Positions 30,105 to 41,600 of a DNA stretch of 64,000 bases are shown here, piece after piece; positions within the stretch are counted from its first letter, which is position 1; every line of letters starts with the position of its first letter. The notes beneath the pieces were generated by a model, which searched no databases, had not been told where the DNA came from, and saw only the letters and a program-made list of their open reading frames with translations. The DNA is from Eledone cirrhosa (taxonomy: Eukaryota): assembly GCA_964016885.1 (NCBI GenBank), contig OZ024757.1, forward strand, positions 62,001 through 126,000. Reading direction: 5' to 3'. The position numbers and the translations under genes were made by a program.

Positions 30105-31100
30105 TATCAATATTACATCACACAACCTTGTATGATGTCTATATATACAGACATATATATACGTATGTCAATGTTACATCATACAACCTTGTGTGTTGTC
30201 TATATATACATATGTCAATGTTACATCATACAACCTTGTGTAATGTCTATATATACAGACATATATATATCATCATCAACGTTTAACGTCCGTGTTCCAC
30301 GCTTGCATGGGTTTGGATGGGGGTATTCCCACTTGAGGCAAGAGTGATTGTCTTGCTCGCATAGGACTGTCTGGCAGGTTTTCTACAGTTGGATGCCCTT
30401 CCTAACACCAACCACATTTACAGTGTGGGACTGGGAGGTTTTTACCGCGTTGCCTACACGGCCACATTACAGCGTGGACTGTGTGTTTTTTTTGTCGTGA
30501 CACCTACACGATCTCATTTGTTTCGGCCTGGATGTTGTGGCACCAACATAACTTTACATAGGAGGGGGTGGTGTGGATGGGGTGTGGGTGGTGGGGCGGG
30601 GGTGTATTTTGTTAGAGATGCCTACTGGCTGTAGTAGGTTTTACTATGTATTTAGGTAAGGCAGGTCTTCTCTATTACTGAGTACCGCCAAAGGTCTCGG
30701 TCCAGTGACATTGTCTTGGAAAGGTGTAAGTGTGTGAGGTCGGAGTTTATCAGCTCGTCCCAGGATTTTCTAGGTCTGCCTATATATATTACATTATATA
30801 ACCTTGTGTAATGTCTGTGTATATAGACATAAATATATATATATGTTACATTATACAACCTTGTGTGATGTCTATATATACAGACATATATATACATATG
30901 CCAATATTACATTATACAACCTTGTGTAATGTCTATATATAGACATATATATACATATGTCCATATTACATTATACAACCTTGTGTAATATCTATATATA
31001 TAGACATATATACATATGTTACATTATACAACCTTGTGTAATGTCTATATATATAGACATATATATACATATATCAATATTACATTATACAACCTTGTCA
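30105..31100. repeat. ~45-55-bp AT-rich minisatellite (ttacattatacaaccttgtgtaatgtctatatat..) split by the RTE 3' fragment; copy B ~50954-51949
   Basis: About 3 units left of 30268 and about 6-7 units right of 30780. Confidence 0.85.
30268..30780 (-). mobile_element. 5'-truncated RTE LINE 3' end (ORF C-terminus, 3'UTR, (TGA)n tail), copy A
   Basis: The minus strand encodes GRPRKSWDELINSDL...DRDLWR, typical of the RTE C-terminus. It ends in GGACGTTAAACGTTGATGATG. Confidence 0.8.
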
Positions 31101-31369
31101 TGCTCTACTATCTCAAGTATTGAGTACTCTGTAGAATAATGGTCTATATATATATATATATATATATAAAATAAACCTGTCGTGAGTTATGAATCAGAAT
31201 TTGTCGAATCTTACTGTTGCCAAATTGTTGTTTTGAGAAATGTAATGTATTTCACTTCATTTCCTTGTCTCTCCATGTTTCTTGGTCTAATTTACCTATC
31301 AGTATTTATATTGTCCCTTTAACTTTTCATAATGATGGTCGAATCTGTAGGTCCTTCATAAAAATAATC

Positions 31370-34010
31370 TTCTAGTTGGTACTATGAATGTAGCCACTTA
31401 AAAAGGTCGCTCTAACAAGGTTGTAGAGATGCTTCAACATGAGGAAGTTGATGTGTGTTGTGTCCAAGAGACCAGGTGGAGGGATGGGTCTGCTAGATTC
31501 ATTGTGGGTAAAAAACGATGCTATAAACTACTCTGGCTGGGAAATGACAATGGACTGGGTGGAGTAGGAATTATGTTAGCTGAAAAATGGGTAGATAAGG
31601 TAATTGACGTAAATAGAGTGAACAACAGAATAATTAAAATAAGACTAGTCCTAAATAGAACTACCGTGACAATAATATCCGCTTATGCACCCCAATCTGG
31701 ACTACCATTATAAAAGATTCTATGAGTCGCTAATGCTCACTACCTCCCAAATAACCGACAGTGACTACATAATTATTGCTGGTGACCTACATGGTCATGT
31801 TGGACAACATTGTGACGGCTATGGGTTTGGTACTAGAAATGAGAATCCTGGAATTCTGTGATGCAAATAACCTAACTATGTGTAACACAAACTTCAAAAA
31901 ACGAAACAATCACTTGATCACCTATAGATCAGGGGAACACTCCAGTCAGATAGATTATATCCTTACTAGAAGACGTGACAGAGTGTCTATTGTAAACACT
32001 AAATCCCTCCCCCGTGAAGAATGCACCTCCCAACATAGCCTCATAGTTAGTGACCTCATAGTCAGGACTAGACATACTCGACAATAGAATGCCTTGAGGA
32101 GAAGAATATGGAAATTGAAGGACCCCTCAGCCAGTAACAAATTTAAAAGCATATTACTTGATGCTTTTGACAGTAAGGAAGAGCAATTAGAGACATACAA
32201 TATAGAGGAATAGGGGGAATTCCTGAAAGTTAACCTGCTGAAGGCAAAAGATGAGATCAGTTGGTGGAGTAGACCTATAGGCAGGAAGAGAGTAACGTGG
32301 TGGTGGAACAGTAAGGTAGAGGAGTCAATCAAGGCCAAAAAACAGGCTTGGGAAGTATGGCAGGATGGGGGAAGTAGAGAACACTATCAAGTGGCCAGGA
32401 GAGAAGCTAGGAGACACATGTACTTTGCAAGAAGAGAAGCAGAGGACAGAAAGTTCAAGCATGTTCTACAACGCGAGGACCAAAAACGTGAGGTGTTTAG
32501 GATTGCTAGGCAATGTGTCAAGGAAAACCGTGATATTGTCAGGGAGAAGTGTTACCGTAATGATGATGGTGTACTTGCCATCACTGATGCTGATAAGAAG
32601 GTAGCTTGGAAGTGTCACTACGAGAGACTACTAAATGAGGAGAATAAATGAGAAAAAGATAGTCTGCCCCAAATTGATCCAATAGAGGGACCAGCAGTGC
32701 AAGTTAAACGTAGTATAATAAGTAAGGCAATCAAAGATATGAAGACAGGCAAGGCAGCTGGGCCTTCGGGGATAGTTGCTGAAATGCTGAAAGCATCTGG
32801 AATGGTGGGACACACTATGGTCACCCGGATAGTAAACCAAGTCATACAGAATGAGATCATACCAAATGACTGGCGTAGCAGCATCATCATTAACTGCTAC
32901 AAGGGTAAAGGAGATGCCCTAGATAGGGGAAACTATAGAGGCATTAAATCAGTTGACCAGGTCATGAAGGTCACAGAAAGAGTTATAGCACAACTAATCA
33001 GAGAGCGAATTGATCTAGATGAAATGCAGTTTGGGTTTGTGTCAGGTAAAAGTACCACAGATGCTCTTTTCCTTGTACAACAACTACAGAAGTACCTAGC
33101 TAAAAGTAAACCCCTATACTTAGCTTTTGTTGACTTGGAGAAAGCCTTTGACAGAGTCCCCCGCTCCATTATCTGGTCGGCTCTTAGAAAACTGGGTGTT
33201 GATGAATGGCTTGTGAGAGCTATACAAGCCATGTATAAAGAAACAGTCAGCAAGGTTAGAATTAACAATGAATATAGTGAAGAATTTAGCGTAAAAGTTG
33301 GTGTTCATTAAGGCTCTGTCTTTAGCCCCCTCCTATTTATTATTGCCGTTCAGGCTATAACAGAGGAGTTCAAGCCCATGGGAGCTTCCATACACAGATG
33401 ATCTAACTCTCATAGTAGAATCGATGGGTGAACTAGAGAAGAAATTCCAAACATGGAAGCATGGCCTAGAATCAAAAGGCCTTAAAGTTAACTTGTCTAA
33501 GACTAAAGTTCTAGTATGTAGAAAGGAAAATAGGGCACAGGTTCCATCTGGGAAATGGCCATGCTCAGTGTGTAGGAAAGGAGTAGGCAGAAATTCCATT
33601 TTATGTCCCAAATGCAAACTATGGGTACATAAAAGATGTAGAGGGATCACAGGTAAGCTATCTTAGAATGTAGATTTTATATGTGGCTGATGCTCAGGTG
33701 CAATAAGTAGCAAGTGCCCACAGGATACTAGCTCCTTCTATTGCCCAGATGGTTCTATAGAAATAGTGGACACCTTTCGTTACCTGGGTGACAAAATCAG
33801 CAGTGGTGGATGGGTGCTCTGAAAGTACAGTAGCCAGAGTCAGAATGGGGTGGAAAAAGTTCAGAGAGCTATTGGCCACTAAAGGTTTCTCTCTAAAAAT
33901 GAAAGGCAGATTATATGATGCCTGCATACGAACAGCAATGTTACATGGCAGTGAGACCTGGGCACTGTGCAGAGGACCTGCGCAGACTGGAGAGGAATAA
34001 AGCATGATCG
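31370..34010 (+). mobile_element. Degraded RTE-clade non-LTR retrotransposon (APE endonuclease + reverse transcriptase), lacking its 3' end, copy A
   Basis: APE motifs GTMNV, VCCVQETRW, SAYAPQ, GDLHGHVG, SQIDYIL. RT motifs KAAGPSG, NYRGI, QFGF, FVDLEKAFDRV, YTDDL. Cys/His segment CSVC..CPKC..HKRC and GSETWA. Many stops and frameshifts. Confidence 0.92.
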
Positions 34011-34315
34011 TGTCCACAAGACATGTATCAGACGGTGTTTCAGCTAACTCTATTAGAACCCTATTATGTACAGCCACCAACAAATGTCCCTTCACCATCA
34101 AAGCAGCTCCCTGATATACAGATACACAATCCCTACTTGGCTGGCTAATCTTGACATAGTCATAATTGTTTCTACTTTTGGCACAAGGCCAGTAATTGTG
34201 AGAGTGTATTACTGGTACTTTAGTCAATGAAACGAAACCCACGTTTAAATAAGTTTCAACCATAAGTAGATGAAGTGAATTAATTTGAAAGAGATTCAGA
34301 CTAAAACGACGATAA

Positions 34316-34532
34316 CTTTAATTTACGTCAAACAGCGAGGTACAGTTAAATATAAAATATATTTTAGAATATAAGGTAGTAAATAACATAATTAGATAGA
34401 CAGAGGTGATTGAAATAATAAAGATATCTTTAATTTACTTCAAACAACGAGGTACAGTTAAATATAAAATATATTTTATAATATAAGGTAGTAAATAATA
34501 TAAATAGACGGAGGTAATTGAAATAATAAAGA
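34316..34532. repeat. Two-copy direct repeat, period ~112 bp (copy B ~55165-55381)
   Basis: ctttaatttac..cgaggtacagttaaatataaaatatatttta..ttgaaataataaaga occurs twice. Confidence 0.85.
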
Positions 34533-34756
34533 CAGTCATGATAACAATATATTTTATATTACATGTTACAGTGGAATCTGTCTATTGAAAAATAACCCAT
34601 TTCAGTTTGGAAGTATTTTTCTCTATATATAAAATGACGAGGTTGAAATATCTTCTCCCAATGTTGTTATATAATTATTGTATCGTTGAAAGGTTCACAT
34701 AATTCTATTTTTTACATACATTAATATAGACTTCAAATGAATCTTTGTCAACTTAC

Positions 34757-34797
34757 CTCCTTCATATATAATCAATGTGTTGTGTTGTTAGTTTTTA
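34757..34797 (-). other. Putative 41-nt non-coding exon; upstream donor CCG|GTAAGA at 35270
   Basis: Acceptor atttcttttgttgtttAG at 34798 and donor GTAAGT at 34756 on the minus strand. Confidence 0.35.
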
Positions 34798-35371
34798 CTA
34801 AACAACAAAAGAAATAATCTCTTTGTTGTTAAATTAGAAATTTCAAAGATGTTATCAGCTTTATTTCAGGACATCAACGTTGGTGTAACTTCTTCATATT
34901 TAGTCATGAATTGATATCTTGTCAGAATAAAGTAGTGAGGCTGACTTTATGTCTTTAGCCAGAGATTTGATAGGAAATATGTATATATTAGGTTGATATG
35001 TGGTTTAAATATATATATTGTCTACAAATGACTGATAGCAGATATTCTGGTGAAATAGTCGTTTTTCTACTACAGATTATAATGGAACTCTTAGTAGACA
35101 CAATTGTAAAGTAAGAATAGATATGACAGTGTAAGACTGATGTCAGGGAAAGAAAATTATGTGTGTATATATATATAGTTAATTGTTACACAAGATATAA
35201 TTAGACTAATTAAAGTTGTAATGAAGACAGCATGTACGCGGTGGAGTTAACAAAGTTTCAACTTTCTTACCGGTGTCGTACGTTAAAAGTAACTGATATA
35301 ATTTAATCCATTCAAACACATTTCCAATCGTATCTAATTGATGGTAAATCGAAAAGTATCACTCAGTTAAA

Positions 35372-35379
35372 TATCGATA
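35372..35379. promoter_or_regulatory. DRE-like motif TATCGATA (copy B 56221-56228)
   Basis: Exact 8-mer ~100 bp upstream (minus strand) of the putative first splice donor. Confidence 0.3.
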
Positions 35380-35589
35380 AGGAAACATCTACGTAGTATC
35401 TCACACTGCTAGAAATAGCAGCTAAATTATCTTTTACAACTTTGCTTTTTGTTTAGACTCTCTTAATTTTGGTTATACAATCAACAATAGTAAGTCTTTT
35501 GTTCAGACTTCGGAATACGGTGGGAGACCTTCAGAAGATGCACGGGTGTGTGAATATATATACATATATATAAATACATGTTGAGGAAC

Positions 35590-35825
35590 ATGCGTTAGGG
35601 GTTAGATCGAAAGGTGATGTGTTGTGTCCTTGAGCAAGACACTTTATTGCCAAGATATATCGGCCATAGCCTTTCCGGTGGACATCACTGGTGGCGTGGA
35701 AAGTGAAAGGTGATATGCATGGTCGACTGTTGGTCTTATTAATACAACTTTGCCCGGACCTGTGCCTCAGAAGTAAACTTTCTAGGTGCAAATCACATGG
35801 GCATTTGTGACCAAAGGGGGTCTTT
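35590..35825 (+). mobile_element. SINE remnant (copy B ~56439-56674)
   Basis: Conserved SINE central motif GTTGTGTCCTTGAGCAAGACACTT and a 3' end ..ctttctaggtgcaa..gtgaccaaagggggtcttt that I recall from octopus SINEs. Not verified by search. Confidence 0.55.
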
Positions 35826-35828
35826 GAT

Positions 35829-36019
35829 ATGTATATATAATGTATTTTGCAATACACTTTATGCTTAATTAAAAGCATTTTGAAGACCGTAAGCTATTGT
35901 TTTAAAGTAGTGACAAATTCACTCACTTTGATCTCAGCAAACAGGGGAGATAAGCCGACGGTCTTCAAAATGCTTTTAATTAAGCATAAAGTGTATTGCA
36001 AAATACATTATATATACAT
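35829..36019. repeat. Perfect 62-bp inverted repeat with 67-bp spacer, MITE/fold-back-like (copy B 56678-56868)
   Basis: 35829-35890 is the exact reverse complement of 35958-36019. Confidence 0.9.
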
Positions 36020-36284
36020 CCATATATATATTGCTATTGACACACGAGTTGTGATATATTAGTAAAAAGGAAAAGAAAATGCTGACAAATTTTTCCCAGT
36101 GAAAAATAGTTCAATTAGGAATAAGTATAAATAAGTATTAATTAGTATTCAGTTTTAGTTTTAAGTTTTTACCGGTGGTTGCGCATTTCTTATGCTTTTC
36201 AAAAATAATTTTGAGATAGAGTGCTCGTGATTTTTGCTCTAATCTGATCAGTTTTATGTGAAAAAAGTGGCTTGAGAGGCATTA

Positions 36285-36445
36285 AAATTTGGTTGGTTGT
36301 TGAATGTCATGTGAATAAACGCTATAAAATTTGCGCCTATTCGTGTGGCATAAATTCTTGTCGTCAAAACAATTTTGATTGGTCGGTAGAAGTCACGTGA
36401 ATGTTTAAATTGATTTTAGCGCGAGCTGGTTTCGCGCCAAATGTA
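36285..36445. promoter_or_regulatory. Promoter-like cluster with reverse CCAAT, E-box and E2F sites (copy B ~57134-57294)
   Basis: ATTGG 36378-36382, GTCACGTGA 36392-36400, TTTAGCGCG 36415-36423, TTTCGCGCCAAA 36430-36441. Locally CpG-enriched. Confidence 0.5.
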
Positions 36446-36582
36446 GGTTTGTCGAAGAGTGATCTTTTCCGCTTGATTGAGTTGCAGTCATGTTGAGGGG
36501 TCAACAGTTCAGGTGTCTATATGTGTGTGTGTAGCAAAGTGGTTCATTGTTGTGATAAGGGAAATGAATCGGTCTGTAGGAA

Positions 36583-36625
36583 TGTGTGTGTGTGGGGGGG
36601 GGGGGGGGGGGGGGGGGGGAGGAGG
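36583..36625 (+). repeat. (TG)n followed by a G run; length differs between copies
   Basis: G26 in copy A; G18 with longer (TG)n and (AGG)n in copy B at ~57432-57473. Confidence 0.85.
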
Positions 36626-37238
36626 TTATTTTAACATGTTAAAACATATTTTTCAGCTCTTGTCTTATACGGAGAAGTGTGTGTGTCTGTCTGTATGTTA
36701 GTGTTCGAGTGTGTGTGTGTATGGACCAGTATTTTTGTGGTACTGGTAAAAATGGCGTACATTATATTCGATAATTTCAGTCATTTGCAAAAACGATTCT
36801 CACAAAAGAACATCAATAACATCAATAATAAAAGAGGTGAAATGATGTATAGTATTGTCATAACAACAAGGCGTGTGTGAGTCCAGATTGTACGTACTGC
36901 AAGGGGAATCCATTAGGCCCTACCGTATGGGATACTTGTGTACAAATATGTATGCACCCATCATTGTGCAATACATGTGTGTGTATGCGTATGTGTGCGT
37001 GTCGGCACGTGTGTATCTATAAACATCAAAAGGTATGCGAATTTGTGTATATTTGTGTTGCACCATAGAACATGTGTGTTTACGTATGTCATTGTGTTTA
37101 TATGTGGATAGAAATGTATGTAGGATGTATGCTGATGTAGATATGTATGTCAACGTGTGTATGTTGTGTGTTCGTCTTAGGAAGAAGTGTTTAGACGGGG
37201 TCCGTATTTGTTAATAAAGTGAGATTCTTTATATATAT

Positions 37239-37504
37239 ATATCAATGATATTAATAAATGGAAGCTATATTTATATAGCCATATTTATTCTATTATATAT
37301 ATTTCAAGAATCAGACCTTAACGGTTCAAGTTCCAGACGGAACTTGAACCGTTGAGGTCTCATTCCTGGATATGTCAGTATTTATAAAACAAACTTTGTA
37401 TTTTATCTGATGAGAGCGTACCAAAGTTTTGGTACTCTTGAAATATATATAATAGAATAAATATGGTTTTATAAATAGTTTCCATTTATTATCATCATTG
37501 ATAT
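37239..37504. mobile_element. Fold-back element, probably a Penelope-like pLTR remnant (copy B 58087-58352)
   Basis: ~70-bp imperfect inverted arms (37239-37310 / 37434-37504) enclose a 22-bp hairpin (37313-37360) and overlap the hammerhead. Flanked by (TA)n. Confidence 0.6.
37399..37459 (+). ncRNA. Minimal type I hammerhead ribozyme motif, copy A
   Basis: Stem I TATTTTAT/ATAGAATA, CTGATGA 37407-37413, hairpin stem II 37414-37439, GAAA 37440-37443, palindromic stem III ATATATAT, and predicted AUA cleavage after 37451. Confidence 0.75.
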
Positions 37505-37874
37505 TATACTCCAGAAAACCAGTCGAGTGCTCTGAATCTGTTATAAATATATCTGTTGAATTACCAACAAATTAAATATCACTTTGCTTATATATATATG
37601 TATATATAAACATGCATATATATATATGTATATATAAATATATATATATATATGTAAATATAAATATATATATATATATGTAAATTATTAAAAAAATAAT
37701 GAATAAACAAAGAAACAGTTCCTTATATTAAACAAAAAAAGTTCATTATTTTACGATCGTTTCTAGGATATATATGTGTTAGAATTGGTATGCATATTCT
37801 ATAGATCTATGTACAGTATTTATACAAACTATCAGAGGGAATATACATACCTTCACATATATATGCTGTCTTCA

Positions 37875-37962
37875 GAAATAATTGTTTCTACATTTGGCAC
37901 AAGGCCAGCAATTACCCAGTGTATTACTGGTACTTTATTTTATCGACCCCGAAAGGATGAAT
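37875..37962 (-). mobile_element. SINE fragment; related fragment at ~34160-34225 (copies ~58723-58810 and ~55009-55074)
   Basis: Both fragments share ataattgtttctac..ttggcacaaggccag..agtgtattactggtacttta. The continuation tttatcgaccccgaaaggatgaa resembles octopus SINEs (recall). Strand is tentative. Confidence 0.5.
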
Positions 37963-38156
37963 CAGAAATAATGATACTTGTTTATTGATAAGAACAAAGA
38001 TTCAATACAATAGGTCTGTTTGGGAACAGGTTTTGAATTGACCAATCAGGAGATAGTGAGGGTCAAGATAGATAGCATTAGGAGAACCTTAAATTATGGG
38101 TAGGGGAAGTAGATTTCAGTTTTGGAAGGAAAAGAGTATTATGAATGAAGGATTAT

Positions 38157-38325
38157 TTTAGGGAAGAAGTAGGTCATATGTTGACCTCAGAAATAATTTT
38201 AATTGTTCATTGAATAAAACCAACAAAGATCCATTATAATAATGGATTACTTTAGGGAAGAAGTAGGTCATATGTTGACCTCAGATATAAATTTATTTGT
38301 TCATTGACTAAAACCAACAAAGATC
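38157..38325. repeat. Two-copy ~75-bp direct repeat, period ~94 bp (copy B ~59005-59173)
   Basis: tttagggaagaagtaggtcatatgttgacctcaga..aaaaccaacaaagatc occurs twice. Confidence 0.85.
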
Positions 38326-38693
38326 AAATATATTCTGTCTGTTAATATTTGGCCAAATGGTAAAATAGTAGTAATTGAAACTTATTTTAGGGGTGAAATT
38401 AGGTCAGGTGGTCAGTAGAAGGTATACAAGCAGTTGCTGTTATAAAATAGTGATGCCAATACAAATATCTAGGGTGACCAGAGTTTTAAGATAAGGATGT
38501 TAGTGAAAAAAATACATCTATGAAAAGGATATAAAATTAATTTACTTCATGGGTACATATATATATATATATTTTTTGATAAAATTATACTAATACATAT
38601 AGATGTGATAAATAAGAGTTAGATGCAGTTTAAAAGTGCTGTTAAGGATGAGGGGAGATTAAAAGAATATAAAAATATAAAAATGATATATAT

Positions 38694-41600
38694 GACAGTA
38701 GCTACTAGGGTGAGATAGTGACATTGGGGTAAATACAGTAGCTACTAGGGTGAGGTACTGACATTGGGGTGAAGACAGTAGCTACTAGGGTGAGATAGTG
38801 ACATTGGGGTGAAGACAGTAGCTACTAGAGTGAGATAGTGACATTAGGGTGGAGACAGTAGATACTAGGGTGAGATAGTGACATTGGAGTGAAGACAGTA
38901 GCTACTAGGGTGAGATAGTGACATTGGGGTGGAGACAGTAGCTACTAGGGGTGAGATAGTGACATTGGGGTGAAGACAGTAGCTACTAGGGTGAGATAGT
39001 GACATTGGGGTGAAGACAGTAGCTACTTGGGTGAGATAGTGACATTGAGGTGAAGACATTAGCTACTACAGTGAGATAGTGACATTGGGGTGAAGACAAT
39101 AGCTACTAGGGTGCGATAGTGACATTGGGTGAAGACAGTAGCTACTAGGGTGAGAGAGTGACATTGGTGTGAAGACATTAGCTACTTGGGTGAGATAGTG
39201 ACATTGGCATGAAGACAGTAGCTACTAGGGTGAGATAGTGACATTGGGGTGAAGACAGTAGCTACTAGGGTGAGATAGTGACATTGGGGTGGAGAGAGTA
39301 GCTACTAGGGTGAGATAGTGACATTAGGGTGAAGACAGTAGCTACTAGGGTGAGATAGTGACATTAGGCTGAAGACAGTAGCTACTAGGGTGAAGACAGT
39401 AGCTACTATGGTGAGATAGTGACATTGGGGTGAAGACAGTAGCTACTAGGATGAGATAGTGACATTGGGGTGACGATAGTAGCTACTAGGGTGTAATAGT
39501 GACATTGGGGCGAAGACAGTAGCTACTAGGGTGAGATAGTGACATTGGGGTGAAGACAGTAGCTACTAGGGCGAGATAGTGACATTGGGGTGTAGATAGT
39601 AGCTATAAGGGTGAGATAGTGACATTGGGGTGGAAACAGTAACTACTAGAGTCAGATAGTGACATTTGAGTGAAGACAGTAGCTACTAGGGTGAGATAGT
39701 GACATTAGGGTGAAGACAGTAGCTACTAGGGTGAGATAGTGACATTGGGGTAAAGAGAGTAGCTATAAGGGTGAGATAGTTAGATTGGGGTGAAGACAGT
39801 AGCTACTAGGGTGAGATAGTGACATTGGGGTGAAGACAGTAGCTACTAGGGGGAGATAGTTACAATGGGGTGGCGACAGTAGCTACAAGGGTGAGATAGT
39901 GACATTGGGGTGAAGACAGTAGCTACTAGGGGGAGATAGTTACAATTGGGAGGCGACAGTAGCTACTAGGGTGAGATAGTGACATAGGGGTGAAGGCAGT
40001 AGCTACTAGGGTGAGATAGTGAAATTGGGGTGAAGACAGTAGCTACTAGGGTGAGATAGTGACATTAGGGTGAACACAGTAGCTACTAGGGTGAGATAGT
40101 GACATTGGGGTGAAGACAGTAGCTATTTGGATGAGATAGTGACATTGGGGTGAAGACCGTAGCTACTAGGGTGAGATAGTGACATTGGGGTAAAGACAGT
40201 AGCTACTAGGGTGATATAGTGACAATGGGGTGAAGACACTGGCAACTAGTGTGACATAGTGACATTGGGGTGGAGACAATAGCTACTAGGGTGAGATAGT
40301 GACATTGGAGTGAAGACAGTAGCTACTAGGGTGAGATAGTGACATTGGGGTGAAGAGAGTAGCTACGAGGGTGAGATAGGGACATTGTGCAGAAGACAGT
40401 AGCTACTAGGGTGAAATAGTGACATTGGCGTGAAGGCAGTAGCTATTAGGGTGAGATAGTGACATTGGGCTGATGACAATAGCTACTAGGGTGAGATAGT
40501 GACATTAGGGTGAAGACAGTAGCTACTAGGGTGAGATAGTGATATTGGGGTGGAGACAATAGGTACTAGGCTGAGACAGTGACATTTGAGTGAAGACAGT
40601 AGCTACTACGGTGAGATAGTGACATTGGGGTGGAGACAGGAGCTAATAGGGTGAGATAGTGAAATTGGGGCGAAGACAGTAGCTACTAGGGTGAGATAGT
40701 GACATTGGGGTGAAAACAGTAGCTACTAGGTTGAGATAGTGACATTGGGCTGATGACAATAGCTACTAGGGTGAGATAGTGACATTAGGGTGAAGACAGT
40801 AGCTACTAGGGTGAGATAGTGATATTGGGGTGGAGACAATAGCTACTAGGCTGAGACAGTGACATTTGAGTGAAGACAGTAGCTACTACGGTGAGATAGT
40901 GACATTGGGGTGGAGACAGGAGCTAATAGGGTGAGATAGTGAAATTGGGGGTGAAGACAGTAGCTACAAGGGTGAGATAGTGACATTGGGGTGAAAACAG
41001 TAGCTACTAGGGTGAGATAGTGACATTGGGGTGAAGATAGTAGCTACTAGGGTGAGATAGTGACATTGGGGTGAAGAAAGTAGCTATTTGGGTCAGATAG
41101 TGACATTGGGGTGAAGACAGTAGCTACTAGGGTGAGATAGTGACATTGGGGTAAAGACAGTAGCTACCAGGGTGAGATAGTGACATTAGGGTGAAGACAG
41201 TAGCTACTAGGGTGAGATAGTGACATCAGGGTAAAGACAGTAGCTATAAGGGTGAGATAGTGACATTGGGGTCAAGACAGTAGCTACTAGGGTGAGATAG
41301 TGACATTGGGGTGGAAACAGTAACTACTAGAGTCAGATAGTGACATTGGCATGAAGACAGTAGCTACTAGGGTGAGATAGTGACATTGGGGTAAAGAGAG
41401 TAGCTATAAGGGTGAGATAGTGACATTGGGGTGAAGACAGTAGCTACTAAGGTGAGATAGTGACATTGGGGTGAAGACAGTAGCTACTAGGGGGAGATAG
41501 TTACAATGGGGAGGCGAGAGTAGCTACAAGTGTGAGATAGTGACATTGGAGCGAAGACATTAGCTACTAGGTTGAGCTAGTGATATTGGGGTGGAGACAG

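Larger units (their letters stand above)
29956..34756 (-). other. Putative 5'UTR intron of the ZNF gene (copy B 50805-55605)
   Basis: Minus-strand donor GAG|GTAAGT at 34756 and acceptor tttctttcttatttcAG at 29956. No transcript evidence. Confidence 0.5.

Noticed and set aside
31370-34010. Active or domesticated reverse transcriptase working with the ribozyme
   Set aside because: Multiple stops and frameshifts and no 3' end; an RTE element, unrelated to Penelope-type hammerhead elements.
31955-34263. Minus-strand ORFs over the LINE
   Set aside because: Antisense to RTE coding remnants, with no recognisable motifs.
35531-37988. Short ORFs of 60-115 aa
   Set aside because: Derived from microsatellites, SINE sequence and the inverted repeat; the shared MLLIKHKVYCKIHYIYI simply reflects the two arms.
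38083-38090. AGAACCTT as an 8-bp TSD (also directly after the right 16-mer at 25586 and 46351)
   Set aside because: It is separated from the left inverted repeat by 12 bp, so it is not a flush TSD; treated as unexplained or chance.
38865-39059. 64-aa ORF in the satellite (also 59713-59907)
   Set aside because: Chance open frame created by a 1-bp insertion in the 40-bp repeat.
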